DNA of 64,000 nt from assembly GCF_009914755.1 (NCBI RefSeq), contig NC_060933.1, one strand, 5' to 3'. Positions 16,559 to 31,015 of the stretch are shown piece by piece (the first letter of the stretch is position 1; each line of letters starts with the position of its first letter). The notes beneath the pieces were generated by a model. That model saw only the letters and a program-made list of their open reading frames with translations, was not told where the DNA came from and ran no database searches. The position numbers and the translations under genes are program-made. The DNA is from the human T2T-CHM13v2.0 reference genome, Homo sapiens.

Positions 16559-17859
16559 GTGAGGAAACCCAGCCTATTTTGAAAAGTTTTATATTCTTCG
16601 TATTTTATAATTCTAAATTCTTCAAATTAAAAAACCTAAAACACCTTGAACCCCATAAAGAAATTGGGGTCACAGCCCCTCAGTTCTTTTTTGTCAGATG
16701 ATGCCCTGTTATTTGTATCTTCCATACTGCTTGCATGGAATTGAGAGGACAGATTGACAATAATAGATGTGACAATTCTTTGAAAAAAATGTCAAATTTC
16801 TATTTAAATGTAAGGTATAATTGTCACTGAAAGGAAAGAGGTACAGGTTGAACTAGAGTCTCTTATTTTAAATGTTGGCATCTTTTTCCTTTTCTTCTCC
16901 TTCTAGTCTGTCTCTTTCCCTTCCATTCTTATTTGTTGCTGTCTCATCTCTTCAGGCCACAGAACTTGACTGACTTGGAGACTCGGGGTAAGTCAAGGTT
17001 AGAGCTCGAATAGCAAGTGGAACCTCAAACTAAGAGTGTAAATATTTTTGCTTTTCAGATGCTCTTTTAGTTGTGATTCTGTTGTCTAAAAAAGTAAAAC
17101 AAGGGAAATAGTTATATTTAATTCTTTCTTTTTATTTTCTGTGGTTAAATGGTAATCAGACTTCAGAATGTTTCTTACAAGATGGTCTCTGATGGTTGAT
17201 TTGATATGAGGCGAAAAAGGAACTAGAATTTTTTTTCCACTCACAATTTTATTCTAAACGTACCCACCATTTGGGTTTTGAGGGGAAGAAAGGGCACAGA
17301 AATCAGAAACGAAAGCATAGGAGAGTTAGTATTTCTGGTAACCCTGTGACCTCAGGCAAATTTCTGTATGAGCTCAGGTAATTTTCTTGGCATCAGTATT
17401 CTATCTGAAAAGTGAAGGCACGTTTCCTACCCTTACTTATGATACTGTAAATGAGAATCAAAATTGGAAAGAAAGCTTGCATATGAAACATCTTTGAAAA
17501 CTGTAAACCATCAGGTGGTTTATTTTAATTAAAAGAAGTGGAGAGTTTAGGTAAAGGAGGAAGGGTATGTAGGTATACTGTTGTCCAGCCAGTTTCTTCA
17601 TGGTTGAAAGGGGCTTTACATTCAATTACATAGAATGATAGGAGGGTTTCTCTTGGGCATTTTTATATCAGCCACCTTCTGCCAAGCTTTCTTAGGTAGC
17701 TTTTGGCTGGCTTCAGATCCCTGCTGCCTGTTGGCTGGAGACATCATTTCTTTGCCAAGAGCACCTTTCCATAGAGCTCTGCATAGCATGGAAGGTGACT
17801 TTAGCCAGAATGAAATGAGAAGTCGGTGATAATTTGAACTGTTTTCCCCCTGAACCTAA

Positions 17860-18560
17860 TGTGTCATTTTTCTCTGACTGCTTTCAAGATTTTTTCCTTA
17901 CTGTTTTTGACTATTAAGTACTGTGGTATGGTTTTCCTTGAACTTATCATGCTTGGGGTTGGCAGAACTTCTGAAATCTATTTGTTACTCAGTTTAAGAA
18001 ATATTTTGTCATTATTTCTTAAAATTTTTTTTCTGCTTATTATTTCTTATAATCTGGGACTTTCATGATGTGTTAGACCTTTTGATACTGTCTCAAGGTC
18101 CCTGATACTCTGTTCATTTTTTTCCCAAATTTTTTCCTGTTCTTTACATTAGATAATTTTTATTGATCTGTCTTCAGGTTCACTAATCCTTTCTTCTGTC
18201 ATCTCCATTCTTCCCATCCAGTGAGTTTTTAATTGTAGATTTTTTATGTTTAGAATTTACAGTTTCTGTTTACCTGCTGGGATTTCCTCTTTTCATTCAC
18301 TGTAAGCATATTTTCCTTGAGCATAGATGTTATTGCCGCTTTAAAATATGTCTGCTAATGTCCATATCTAGGACATCCTCAGGTATTGCCTCTGTTGATT
18401 GTTTTCTCATGTGAGAATGGACCATATTTTCCTGTTTCTTCACATTAGAGTAACTTTGAATTTATCCTATACATTGTGAATCATATGTTTTAGAGTGTGT
18501 GAGTTTTGTTATGTTCCTTTGAAGATTATTGTTATTTTTGAAACCGTTGGCTGAATTCAA
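17860..18560 (-). mobile_element. Old L1M fragment (5'/ORF1 region)
   Basis: T-rich antisense L1M pattern (TTGATCTGTCTTCAGGTTCACTAATCCTTTCTTCTG...CCCATCCAGTGAGTTTTT). Confidence 0.55.
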
Positions 18561-19266
18561 ACTGCAGATTCTGCCTTACTTGTGGTGGGCAGCAACACAA
18601 GTATCAATTCATTTCTTTTAGCCTCACTGGGGCTACTTGGAGTCTGCCCCATGTGTGGTTTAGGGGTCTGCCAGAAACGTGCTCTGAGTTTATACGCGGA
18701 AACTGGGACTCCCCTCGAACTCTCTCCTTTCCGAGATTTCCCTCTCACTTTTTAGTGGCTGTGATTGTCCTCAAGTCTGTTATCTGGTTCATTAAAAGAA
18801 AGGTGGTGGGTTTTGTTGTTGAAGATTTAGTCATCCTGTATGGGGAAGACCGGGGCTGTTCTCCTCTTCAGCTGCTGTGTTTCCTTAGGTTAAATTCCTT
18901 GAGGTGGAATTGTTGGGCCAGTGGATACTCATGTGCAGATTAACATTATCACCAATAGCCTCATATCAGATGTCCTGTTTCCCCTCAACCTTTTGATAGT
19001 GGATTTTGTTGGTCCTTTTAAATTTACAAATCTGAAAGGCAAAAACAATTTTTATTTGCATTTGATTACTAGAGAAATTGAAAATGTGCTGTATATTTGT
19101 TACCATTTTTTTTTGTGAATTAATATTTCATATTCTGTGTCTAGTTTCTGGGGTATTTTCTTTTTCCCTCATGTTGATTTGTAAAGACATGTGTATGCAT
19201 ATATACATACTCTGTACAATACAATATTGGAATATATATATATTGCTTACTATGCTGAGCATTTGA

Positions 19267-19625
<359 letters not shown>

Positions 19626-20047
19626 TACTTTGATTTATTTTTAAAAAGAGTAATGTATGCCCATAGTAAACAACTTGAACAATATAAGAAGATATGTAGC
19701 AAAAAAAGCTTCCACTCCAGACTGTCAACTCTTCTCAAAGGCAACATCTGTTACTTCTTGCATTTCCTTCTAGAAGTATTTTGTGTGTATATAAATTTGT
19801 TTAATTCCCCTTTTAAATATTAAATCATTTAATAGTATTTATCTTGGAGATTGTTCCTTTCCAGGAACAATAGATTCCAAAGAACTCTATATTTTAAAGA
19901 AGTTATCCTAATTTCATTTTTTTGTTTTTCTTTTTAACACTATGTATTTTTAATTGACAAAAATAATTGTATATCTTAGTTTCATTTTCATTTTGTTTAT
20001 ATTTTAGACACAAAGAAATTTCAGATTTTCACCTTATATTTATCTGT

Positions 20048-20345
20048 CTTTTTTTTTGTTTGAGACGGGGTCTCACTCTGTTGCCTAGGCGGGAGTGCAG
20101 TGACACAATCATAGCTTACTGTAGCCTTGACCTCCTGGGCTCAAATGATCTTCCCACCCCAGCCTCCTGAGTAGCTGGGACAGCAGGTGTGCATCACCAC
20201 ACCTGGCTGATTAAAAAAATTTTTTTTTGTAGCGCCAAGACCTCTAGGTTGCCCAGACTGGTCTTGAACTCCTGGGCTCAAGCAGTCTTCCCACCTTGGC
20301 GTCCCAAAGTGCTGGGATTACGGGTATGAGCTGCTATGCCCAGCC
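20048..20345 (-). mobile_element. AluJ-like
   Basis: Reverse dimer with J diagnostics. Confidence 0.85.
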
Positions 20346-21188
20346 CTGCTTTTCTTCATTTTTTGAGAAAAGTATTTCCCTGAAACTCTAAGATTATAAA
20401 GAAATAGCCTTTTTGACGTTTTAAAAAATATACTTGAACAGCTAGAAAATCCTTCCATGATCTGTCTGAATTCCTTGCATTTTTACCTTGTGGCAAAGCA
20501 GGGAAGGAAAATATGTTGGGAGTTGACACCATTAGACATTTATCCAGTGCTTACTTGTGCTGGGTATGAGACTAGATGCTGAGGATGTAAAGATGTTTAA
20601 AGACTGGTTCCTTGCCTTGTAGGAGCAAACTGCCTCAGGGCTTACAGTATAGTTTGATCTTGCTGCCGAGTGAACCTTCCTTTGACCATTCTGCCTTCCT
20701 TTATAAGATTATAAATCTGTTCAGGGTAGACTTAGGTTATTGCCAGCTTAAAAATAATGACCTGACATGCCCATTAAACCCTTCTCTGCTGGATGCTTTA
20801 GCAGTATCTTTCAATTCATTTTAAAAACTTGCTTATGATTCAGCATGCTTTTAGTGCTAAATAGAAGCTTTCTGGGACATTATTTAAATACATTTTAACA
20901 GATAACAGGATTTTAAATAAAAATTCAAATTGTTTTTTTTTTTAGTCTGCTAATAAGAGCTATTATCTTGCCACACATATAAACAAAGCCACTTTTGCTA
21001 ATTTGGTATATAGAAACATGATTAATACTGCATCTTTCCCTGAAAACTTTGTATAGAGTACAGTCTATGACTTTTTTTCCTGTTTTCTTTCTTCATCTTT
21101 GTTCTGGCATTCTCTGAACTATGTGTCTTTCTTCCTGTATTTATCAATGTCTGCTCTTGCTAGGTGCCATGCCCTCTTATTAGACCCT

Positions 21189-21217
21189 TTATTAGTCACA
21201 GTTCTCCAGAGAAACAG

Positions 21218-21261
<44 letters not shown>

Positions 21262-21636
21262 ATGTGAGAGCGAGCGAGCAATAAGGAATTAGCTCATTTG
21301 ATTATGGAGGCTGAGAAGTCCTACAGTCCGTCATCTGTATACTAGCCCAGGAAAGCCAGTGGTACAAGTCCCTATCTGAGACTGAAGGCCTGGGCACCAG
21401 GAGAAGATCGATGTCCTAGCTTAAGCGGTCAAGCAAAAGGAGAGAAGAATTCTATTCAGTTCTTCAGTGGATTGAATAGTGCCCACTCACACTGGGGAGG
21501 GCAGTCTGCTTTACTTGATCCACTGATGCAAATATTAATCTCATCTAGAAATTCCTTCACAGATAAACCCAGAAATGATGTTTAGTCTGGGCACCATGGG
21601 GCCCAGTCAAGTTGACATAGAAAATTAATCATCACA
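21189..21636 (-). mobile_element. MLT2-type (ERVL) solo LTR with internal (CA)n
   Basis: TATTAGTC...TTCTCCAGAGAAACAGAA...GGAGGCTGAGAAGTCC...CCCAGTCAAGTTGACA..AAAATTAATCATCACA. Confidence 0.8.
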
Positions 21637-22813
21637 ACCTTGTTATTATTTTCTACTTGCTGTATTCAGCATAGTTCCTGACACACAGTAGGTACACAAT
21701 AAATGCTTGAATGGATGCAGTTCCAGAGTCGTACACTGCTCCATCTTTCTAAACTACTTGAAATAGCTGGCAACATCATCACATTCTTCTAGCTAAAGAA
21801 AAGGTACAGGGGAGAGTTCTTCCTCCCAACAAGGGTGGCAATATAGAGGAGCAGACTTTAGGTTAGACTTAGAATCCACCATCAGTGCATAAGTCAGAAA
21901 TCGCATGTTGTTAAAATTGTCCAAATCCCATAATTTGTCCATTAGCATAATTAGAGGCTTCCAGGAGAGACCCATGGAAACTGAGAATGACCAACAGCAG
22001 GTCTACTTCTCCCATCTCACACTCACTCCTAGGTATATGCTTGTGAGGGTGAATTTCAGAGACATTAAGTCCTCTGCTCAGTGTCACCAAGTGACAGATG
22101 GCAATACACCACTGACTTAACTTGAGTGTGTAGTGGTTAAAATACATCATATGGGAGGAATTGTGGCTCTTCCACTTATTAGTGACTATTGGCAAATACT
22201 TACGACTGAGAAATGATACTAGCAATAGCAAAATAGCTAATGTTTATTGAGAATGTACCATGGTCAGATAGAAATGCCAAAGGTAGATTATCTTATTTAA
22301 TCTTCATAACAACTTTGTTAGGTAGGTAGTATTATAATCACCGTTGTACACCATTGAACATGGTGATGGTGCTAGCCCATAGTCACATGGTTGGTGGGCC
22401 CAGGATTTGAATTCAAACATTTTTGGCTTTATAGCCTTAGCTCTAAGCATTCAACCATGTGCTTCACATGGTTTATGATATTTAAGTTAGGACACTTAAA
22501 GTTGTAGACTAATGCTTCCTGGATAAAAAATGTGAAGATTCTCAGCCCTATCAGAATTAATGCTTCATTTTAATATTCAGTTTCTTTACTATCCTTAGAA
22601 GAAATTCACGGATAAATTAACCTACATAAACACATGATTAAAGAAATGAATTTAATGCATGATTGCAATGTAAAGGAGAAATAAAAGTAATTTATAATAA
22701 AATAAATATTTCAGAATGTAAATGCTTAGGTATGATTACCATAGAAGAAAATACAGTCATCAGATGTTTGTGTCTGCTTATGATAAATGTTTGGATTAAA
22801 AAAATTAAAAGCA

Positions 22814-23121
<308 letters not shown>

Positions 23122-23289
23122 CAACTAAAAGCAATTTCATACCAGGAGTACATGAAACAAAAATGTAGATGTCTAGTAGATGCTAGAATAAAAACCAATA
23201 TTAGGATAAGTTATAACAGATCAGACTGATTTGTAGTATTAAGGAAAGTCTTGTCAAAATTCCTACATGAATAGCCAGAGAGACATTCA

Positions 23290-23470
23290 GAAGTTGTGTG
23301 GTACTTGCTTTTGTTGTATGGAACTGTCCTTTCCTTTGCAGTACTTCAGGCATCCTTGGAATCTATCTGGTAAATTACAGTAATGTCCGTCTGTCAATGT
23401 GACAACCAAAAATGCCTCCACAGGGACAGCCACCCCTAGGGGGCGATATTGGCACCTTTGTGAACACAAC
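23290..23470 (-). mobile_element. Degenerate MER20-like element
   Basis: TGTGACAACCAAAAATGCCTCCA...CCCCTAGGGGGCGATATTG resembles the reverse MER20 end. Confidence 0.5.
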
Positions 23471-24163
23471 ACTACGTTAGAAAGTAAGCATTTGTTGAGG
23501 AATGAAGTGGGATTGGAAAGTTCATAGATTTAGCACTTGATATCTTGGAGCTCATAGTAGTTTCCTTGGCTAATTGAGTATTGTATAATTACAAAGTAAC
23601 ATTTACTTATGTAGACATCATACTAGGTATTGTGTAAATTTTAGGGAAAGAGAAGAAAGCAATGTGATCCATGAAAAACTGGAGGAATATATATAATAGG
23701 GAGGCTTCCTAAAATAAAAATATAATTTTAAGAAAAGTTGGTGTAAGATTCTGCTGATACTGAATGTATAACAAAGTCGACTAGGTTATAAAATATTTTA
23801 CTAGAAGTTGTTTTTACCAGTGCTTGACCTGTGGTAGCATGCCATATGTATGCTTCATAAAGTAAATCTGATCACTTTTTAAAAGTAGATAAATGATAAA
23901 AGTAAGTCTTGCTCATTGAAGAAAAATAGAGAAATATGGAAAATCTTAAATAGGGAACTGGGAAACCATGAAGACAGGTAATGTGAAAAATTTGTTGACA
24001 TTTTATTCCAGGACTTATTTTACATGTATTCATTTTTTTCTAAATGGGCTATAAATATACTTTATTTTCTTGCTATATTTTATTTTATATTATCATATTA
24101 TTTAAAACATTTACAGTTAGCTTTGTGGAATACATAATACGTTTAAAAATAGTACAGAATTCA

Positions 24164-24505
<342 letters not shown>

Positions 24506-24558
24506 CTAACTTTGTTAGCTTTTCTTGTCACACAATATATTTTTTAAAGGTAATTCTT

Positions 24559-25411
24559 TTTTACAATTACTATTTTTAAACTTCAGCTTTTATTTTAGTT
24601 TCAAGGGCTACATGTGTAGGTAGATGGGTTTATTGCTGATCCTGCCACCCAGGTAGTGAGTATAGTACCTAATAGGTAGTTTTTCAGTGCTTGCCTTTCT
24701 CCCTCTCTCCCCACTGTAGTAGTGTCCAGTGTCTGTTGTTCCCATCTTTATGTCCATGTGTATCCAATGTTTACCTAACACTAATGAGAGCATGAGGTAT
24801 TTGGTTTTCTGTTCCTCAGTTAGGATATTGGCCTCCAGCTGCATCCATGTTGCTGCAGAGGACATTATTTCATTCTTTTTTATGGTTGTGTAGTATTCCT
24901 TGGTATATATATACCACATGTTCTTTATCAAATTCACCATTGTTGGGCACCTAGATTGATTCCATGTCTTTGTTATTGTGAATAGTGCTGCGATGAACAT
25001 ATGGGTGCATGTGTCTTTTTGGTAGAATGATTGATTTTCCTTTGGGTACCTACCCAGTAATGAGATTGCTGGGTTGAATGGTAGTTCTGTTTTAAGTTCT
25101 TTGAGAAATCTCCAAACTGCTCTCCACAGTGGCTGAGCTAATTTACATTCCCACCTGTGTAGCATTCCCTTTTCTTTGCAGTCCCACAAGCATCTGTTAT
25201 TTTGACTTTTTAATAATAGCCATTTTGACTCTTGTGAGATGGTGTTTTCTTGTGGTTTTGATTTGCATTTCTCTGGTGGTTAGTGATGTTGAGCATTTTT
25301 TCATGTTTATTGGTCACTTGTATGTCTTCTTTTGAGAAGTGTCTGTTCATGTCCTTTGCCCTATTTTTAATGGAATTATTTGCCTTTTGCTTGTTGGATT
25401 GTTTAAGTTCA
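24559..25411 (-). mobile_element. 5'-truncated older primate L1 (L1PB/late L1PA-like) 3' end
   Basis: ORF2 C-terminal remnant (ORF 24608..25189); TSD AAAGGTAATTCTT at 24546-24558 and 25412-25424. Confidence 0.85.
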
Positions 25412-26685
25412 AAAGGTAATTCTTAATGACTGCAATATTAATTTCTTGAACAGTTATACTTCAATTAAACATTGTCTTGTTAGATATTAAGATTTTTAGG
25501 TTATTGATATTATAAATTTCTGTTGGAAATGGCTGTAATAAATGTTTGTCTACAAGTTTCTGTCACATTGATTTCTAAATGTGTAATTCTGGATCAAAAA
25601 CTGTATTCCTTTTTTTAGGATTCTTGAAACATATTCTTTAATTATGTTACCCCAAAGTAGAACCAAAACTGGTGTAGTGGGATGTCCACCTAATTGAATT
25701 TTTTAATAGCCAATTTTATAAGTTGGAAATAGCATCTCATCTTAGTGGACAACCCTGATTGCTAGTGAAGATCAATAATATTTTATGCATTAACTGGCCA
25801 TTTGTAATTTTTCTGTAAACACTTCATGTCTGTCTTTGGTCCCGTTTTTATTAATTTGTATGATCTATTTTTTAAGTAATAATAACTTGTATCATATTGT
25901 TATAACATTTTCCCCAGATTTTAAAACTTTAGTCATTTATGATATTTCTAACATGTAGATGTTTTCAGGTTTTCCTACATGCAGGTCCAGTGTCATTTCT
26001 CAAACCTGTATTACCTTTTTTCTTCTTCACCTGTCTTATTTCTACTCATCTTTCAGGGCTCAGTTCATATTCCACTTTCTCTGAGGATGCTTTTCTTGAA
26101 TACTTCAGCTTACAATAATAGGTATTAGGCATCACATGCTTACTGATTTGGTACATGATCTAGCTTTGCAGTATTGGTTTTTTTTTCCTACTCGTATGAC
26201 TCTCTGACAAGATTGTAAGGTTTCCAAGAACAGAGATCATCCTATATTTCTTTGTGTCTTCTGTACCATTTACCTTGGGACTTTGCCTACTAGATGTTTT
26301 GAATAATGATTTTTTTCTATTTTTATGATTAGGTTTGAATGAATAAATGAATTTTGATAATAATAAAATGCTATTACATAAGTAGCACTCTTTACATTGT
26401 CAATAATTTCCTCTTATTACCTTGGTGGTTTTTCATAGCAAGCAAATGAAGTAGATAGAGATTTTCATTCTCATTTTTTTGGATAGTTGGTAGTTATTTT
26501 CCTTATGAATGTGAAAAAAGGTATGAAGAAGTAGCATAATTCTTTTTAAGCCAAAAAAAAAAAAAAACCCCAGACTATTCAGTAGCGAAGTATGTCATAA
26601 TGCTATGGTATTGCATTCATGAATGTGAAATAAACTATTAATATTCATGCCTAGTTCTGAGAATTTATTTTTGTTGCTTTTGCAG

Positions 26686-26815
26686 TGCCATACAAATTAT
26701 ATTCCTGTCTGTGGATCAAATGGGGACACTTATCAAAATGAATGCTTTCTCAGAAGGGCTGCTTGTAAGCACCAGAAAGAGATAACAGTAATAGCAAGAG
26801 GACCATGCTACTCTG
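26686..26815 (+). CDS. TMEFF1: TMEFF1 coding exon (probable exon 3), 130 nt, phase 0 to 1; Kazal-like domain
   Basis: Acceptor ttgcttttgcag|TGCCAT, donor CTCTG|gtatgt; Kazal signature PVCGSNGDTYQNEC...C; in frame with the previous exon. Confidence 0.96.
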
Positions 26816-27172
26816 GTATGTATGATATTCTTCTGAATAAATTTTGGAAAATATGGTGGAATCATTTCTAAAAGGGGGTTTTGAGTCAGAGGTATATTTC
26901 CACAACTGCTGTGTGGATTGGTGGTGGTTGTTGCGGGGAGTAGGGGAAATCTTTTTTGCCCTCATTTCAGGTTGTTGCTTTTCAACCCCAGGTGGTCTTG
27001 TATAGACTTATGTTACTCCTTACTACATTGCTAAGGCTTAACACTCTTTTTATAGGGACTTACTTTCTTTGCATGTCCTTTGCCTTATGATTTGAACAGT
27101 AGACAGAATGAGCTTTGAGGTGGGGAATGATAGGGGATCTGTCTTGATGATTTTTTAAAAAGAGGTGAGGAA

Positions 27173-27568
<396 letters not shown>

Positions 27569-27794
27569 TTACTTCATCTTTTTTTTCCTTCCAGAATTGG
27601 TAGTGGTTGATTTGGGGAACTATTAATGTTATTTTCTTGTGTTTGTATTAATGTTTGGGGATAGAGATGCCGGTGAGGTAACTTGAATTATTATATCAAG
27701 GTTAGTGGTAAAGGTGAAGGCCATTCTTACGGGATTTCCACTTCCTTTCTTTCCCTATATATTACAGTGTTCAGAAATTCTCCATTTTACTAAA

Positions 27795-28750
27795 TGTGAC
27801 AATTTTAGGGTCAACTACAAAGTCAAAGGGGACAGTCTCCAAGGCTGTTCTCACTTCTGACACCAGCTGAGATCAAGAGGTTCCCCAGCTAACCCTAGGC
27901 TCAGTAATTTGCTAGAAGGGCTAACAGACTCACTGACAGCTGTTATATGCGTGGTTATGAAGGGAGAGGATACATGTTAAAATCAACCAAAGAAAGAGAT
28001 GCCCAGAAGATTCTGGGAAGGTTCCAAACATGGAGTTGCTGATTTTTCTTTCCCAGTGGAGGCATGGACAGAGTTAACTCCTCCTAGTTACAGTATGTGG
28101 CAGTGCACATGGAGTATTGCCAGCCAGGAAAGCTTGCCTGAGCATCAGTGTTCATAGTTTTTTCTTTATGAGACTGCATCTCACTCTGTTCCTCAGGCTG
28201 GAGTGCAGTGGCACGATCATGACTCACTGCAGCCTTGACCTCCCAGGCTCAAGGGATCCTCCCACCTCCGTCTCCTGAGTAGCTGGGACTACAGACACAT
28301 GCCAACATGCCAGGTTCATTTTTTTTTTGTATTTTTTGTAGGGACAGGGTTTTGCCATGTTGCCCAGGCTAGTCTTGAACTTGTGAGCTCAAGCAATTTG
28401 CCTGCCTTGGCCTCTCAAAGTGCTGGGATTACAGGTGTGAGCCATTGTACCCTGATATTCATAGTTTTTATTGGGGCTCATTATGTAAGTATAATTTGAT
28501 GAGTTGGTTGTGTGGTTAATTGAAGACTCTGGGTCCACTAATACTGTGACCTGTAACCCCTACTCTACTCTTCATGATTGGTCTTTCTAGTGTAACCAGC
28601 CCCAACCCTAAGACTTAGACGTGGCCCAACCCCCAACACTAAGTTCCAGTGTGGTCAGCACCCTCCCTTAACAAATATCCTTCTATCAGGTATGACGTAG
28701 GTTACCTTCCGGAAGCAGAGGGAAAAGACGAGACCTCTCTTGTAGGAAGG
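27795..28750. mobile_element. MER77/MER21-like LTR interrupted by an AluJ
   Basis: CTCACTTCTGACACCAG...TAATTTGCTAGAAGGGCTAACAGACTCACTG motif typical of this group; subfamily and strand not resolved. Confidence 0.6.
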
Positions 28751-28999
28751 CCAAATTCTTTCTATACACACTAAAATAATCACGTGCTTGGAGAAATTAT
28801 TATGTTTTTAGTCTAGTAGACTATGATTTGGTGTGGTTCTTATATACTTCTTTAAGTACATTGTGTTTCACAAAATGATCTAGAAATTAAAGAGGAATAT
28901 GGAGGTTCTTTCCAGTCTCAAATTATGTTTCACTTATGAGGAGCATATGTCTAAGACAGCAAGTGTTAACACCTAATGTTAAACATTAGGCAGCAAAGT

Positions 29000-29180
29000 G
29001 GTAGATTGGGAGCACTGTGCTAGGGTTACAAGACCTCGCCTTAACCTAACTCCAACCCTTATTTACTGTGTGACCTTGGACAAATCACTAAGCCTCTCTG
29101 AGCCCCAATTCCTTAACTTGTTAAGTGGATATTATCTCCTGGGGTTGTTAAATAAGGATTGAATGAGCGAAGTTATAAGC
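29000..29180 (+). mobile_element. MIR
   Basis: TTACTGTGTGACCTTGGACAAATCACTAAGCCTCTCTGAGCC core. Confidence 0.7.
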
Positions 29181-30988
29181 TGCTATATTGATTTTATTTT
29201 CTGAGTGGGCAGTGTTTTATGTTATTTGGTCTTTTGTGGATCCTATTCCTTGAACTAGAAATACTATTCTCTTTTCCTTATTTGAAAACTCTTTTTCTTA
29301 TGCTTAAGGTTGGTCTTAAGCCTTTTCTCCTCTGTGAAATCTTCCTTCTGTGACATCTCCTGGCAGAGTTTGTTTATACCTTGGGTGTATTTCTATACAT
29401 ATACCATATTGTATTTCATTCATCTGACATAAGTACCTCCAGCCAAATCAGTGCTTTCTCAGTGGGGAGGTACTGTCTTACCTAGGGATGTGTATCGTAA
29501 TCTCAGGGTGGGACGGAATCGTGTAGGTTGGGGCAATGCGTACCATTTACAAAATATAACATACAGGGAGAATTCTACCTTGTTATCAGAGTAGCCACAG
29601 TATTTAATTTATTTAAGGATTCTAAATGACGAAGGTATGAGATTTTTATATTTATTAAAAGTAGACATGGTTTGAAAAAAAGATTGGGAGTAGTATCTTG
29701 TGTACTGGGAATATGTCTTATTTATCATTTTATTCCTCGCATTTACCATGGTGCCTGGCACATAATATGTAACCAATCATTGTATGTGGAATCGAAGTAA
29801 TAAAGGGGTGTTTTCCTAAGAAGAGTTTGGTCATAAAAACAATTTTGAGTTTCCTCCCTCGCTGTCTTTTTTTCTGTTCCATCACTCTTTCATTTCCTCC
29901 TTATTTACTCAGAGAAAATGTCATTTTGTGGTTGATTAATCAAAATTGAACATAATTTAAGACTTTCCATAAAATCCCATGAAGATTTTACAATGGGTAC
30001 TGCATACAATATATATTTTTCTAATTCCTCCTGTTTCTGTGGTATCTGGGAATTTGATTATTGTCCGAAGGAGCTTGAAGGGAAGGGAACAATATTGTTC
30101 TGAGTGTTGTTTTCTGCTCTAGAGGACAATTTGGAGAGCTAGCATGGGTTCTTTAGGATCCAGGGTATCCTCTCCCCTGGCAAGTGCTAGATAAAGCATC
30201 AAATTCCTCACTTGCTCTCTCTGCTTTTTAAAATGACTCTGTGCTGATGATTTTACATCATTACCCTCTTTTCAACATGTTCTGTGCTAATATGTTGGTT
30301 CCTTTAGGATTATAGAATAAATATTTTACATTAATTGTACTTGAGACTGGCTTCTTTCTGGTAACTTTGATGAAGGCTCTTTTTAATTTCACTAGCGACA
30401 AGTCAGGTAAGTCCTTCGGATTGGATTTCCTAGAGGAAGTTAATTTTATTAGTAACATGAAAACCTCAAGCCTTTGGTTCCTTGCTTCCTAAACCTTGGG
30501 GCTTTTCTTACCTTTTGGCTTTTGGTCTTTATCCGCAGATTTCCTTAAGAAGATTTTTTTTTTTGTAGTAAGACCCAAAGCTCTTTTCCTGCCTTTCTAA
30601 TAAAAGCAGCTTATTCATTATTTCTCTCAAGCTTTAACAAAAACTAAAATTTTCTCTTATCTTTTAAATGAGTGGATTAAAATTAATTATTTATATTTAG
30701 CCTTTTACTTTACAGTATTTATTGTCTTTACTCTGTGCAAAGCATCTGGGTATGTCCTTAATGGGATACAAAGATGTATGAAATATAGATGATTATGTAT
30801 CTAAGCAATTTATATTTTAAGAGCAGCATAAAATAAGTATGTAAGAATAAATAAGATATCAAAAATATGAGAAAAGGACTCTTTGAGAATGGATATCACA
30901 GTTTTATTTTTGATAGGAAATTTTATTATTTGATAAGATGAAATTTCCGGGAAAAATGTTCATATTCATTCTTTGTTTTTCTTCTCAG

Positions 30989-31015
30989 ATAATGGATCTG
31001 GATCTGGAGAAGGAG
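30989..31015 (+). CDS. TMEFF1: TMEFF1 27-nt microexon (probable exon 4), phase 1 to 1; DNGSGSGEG linker
   Basis: Acceptor ctttgtttttcttctcag|ATAAT, strong donor GGAG|gtaagt; keeps the frame between flanking exons. Confidence 0.92.

Noticed and set aside
24608-25189. 193-aa minus-strand ORF
   Set aside because: Decayed L1 ORF2 C-terminus inside a TSD-flanked truncated L1.
26647-26871. 74-aa ORF as an independent Kazal microprotein
   Set aside because: It is exon 3 plus intronic flanks; clear splice sites bound the conserved part.
30950-31015. Exon 4 as a classic SRRM4-dependent neural microexon
   Set aside because: No TGC motif just upstream of its acceptor and both splice sites are strong, so it is more likely constitutive.
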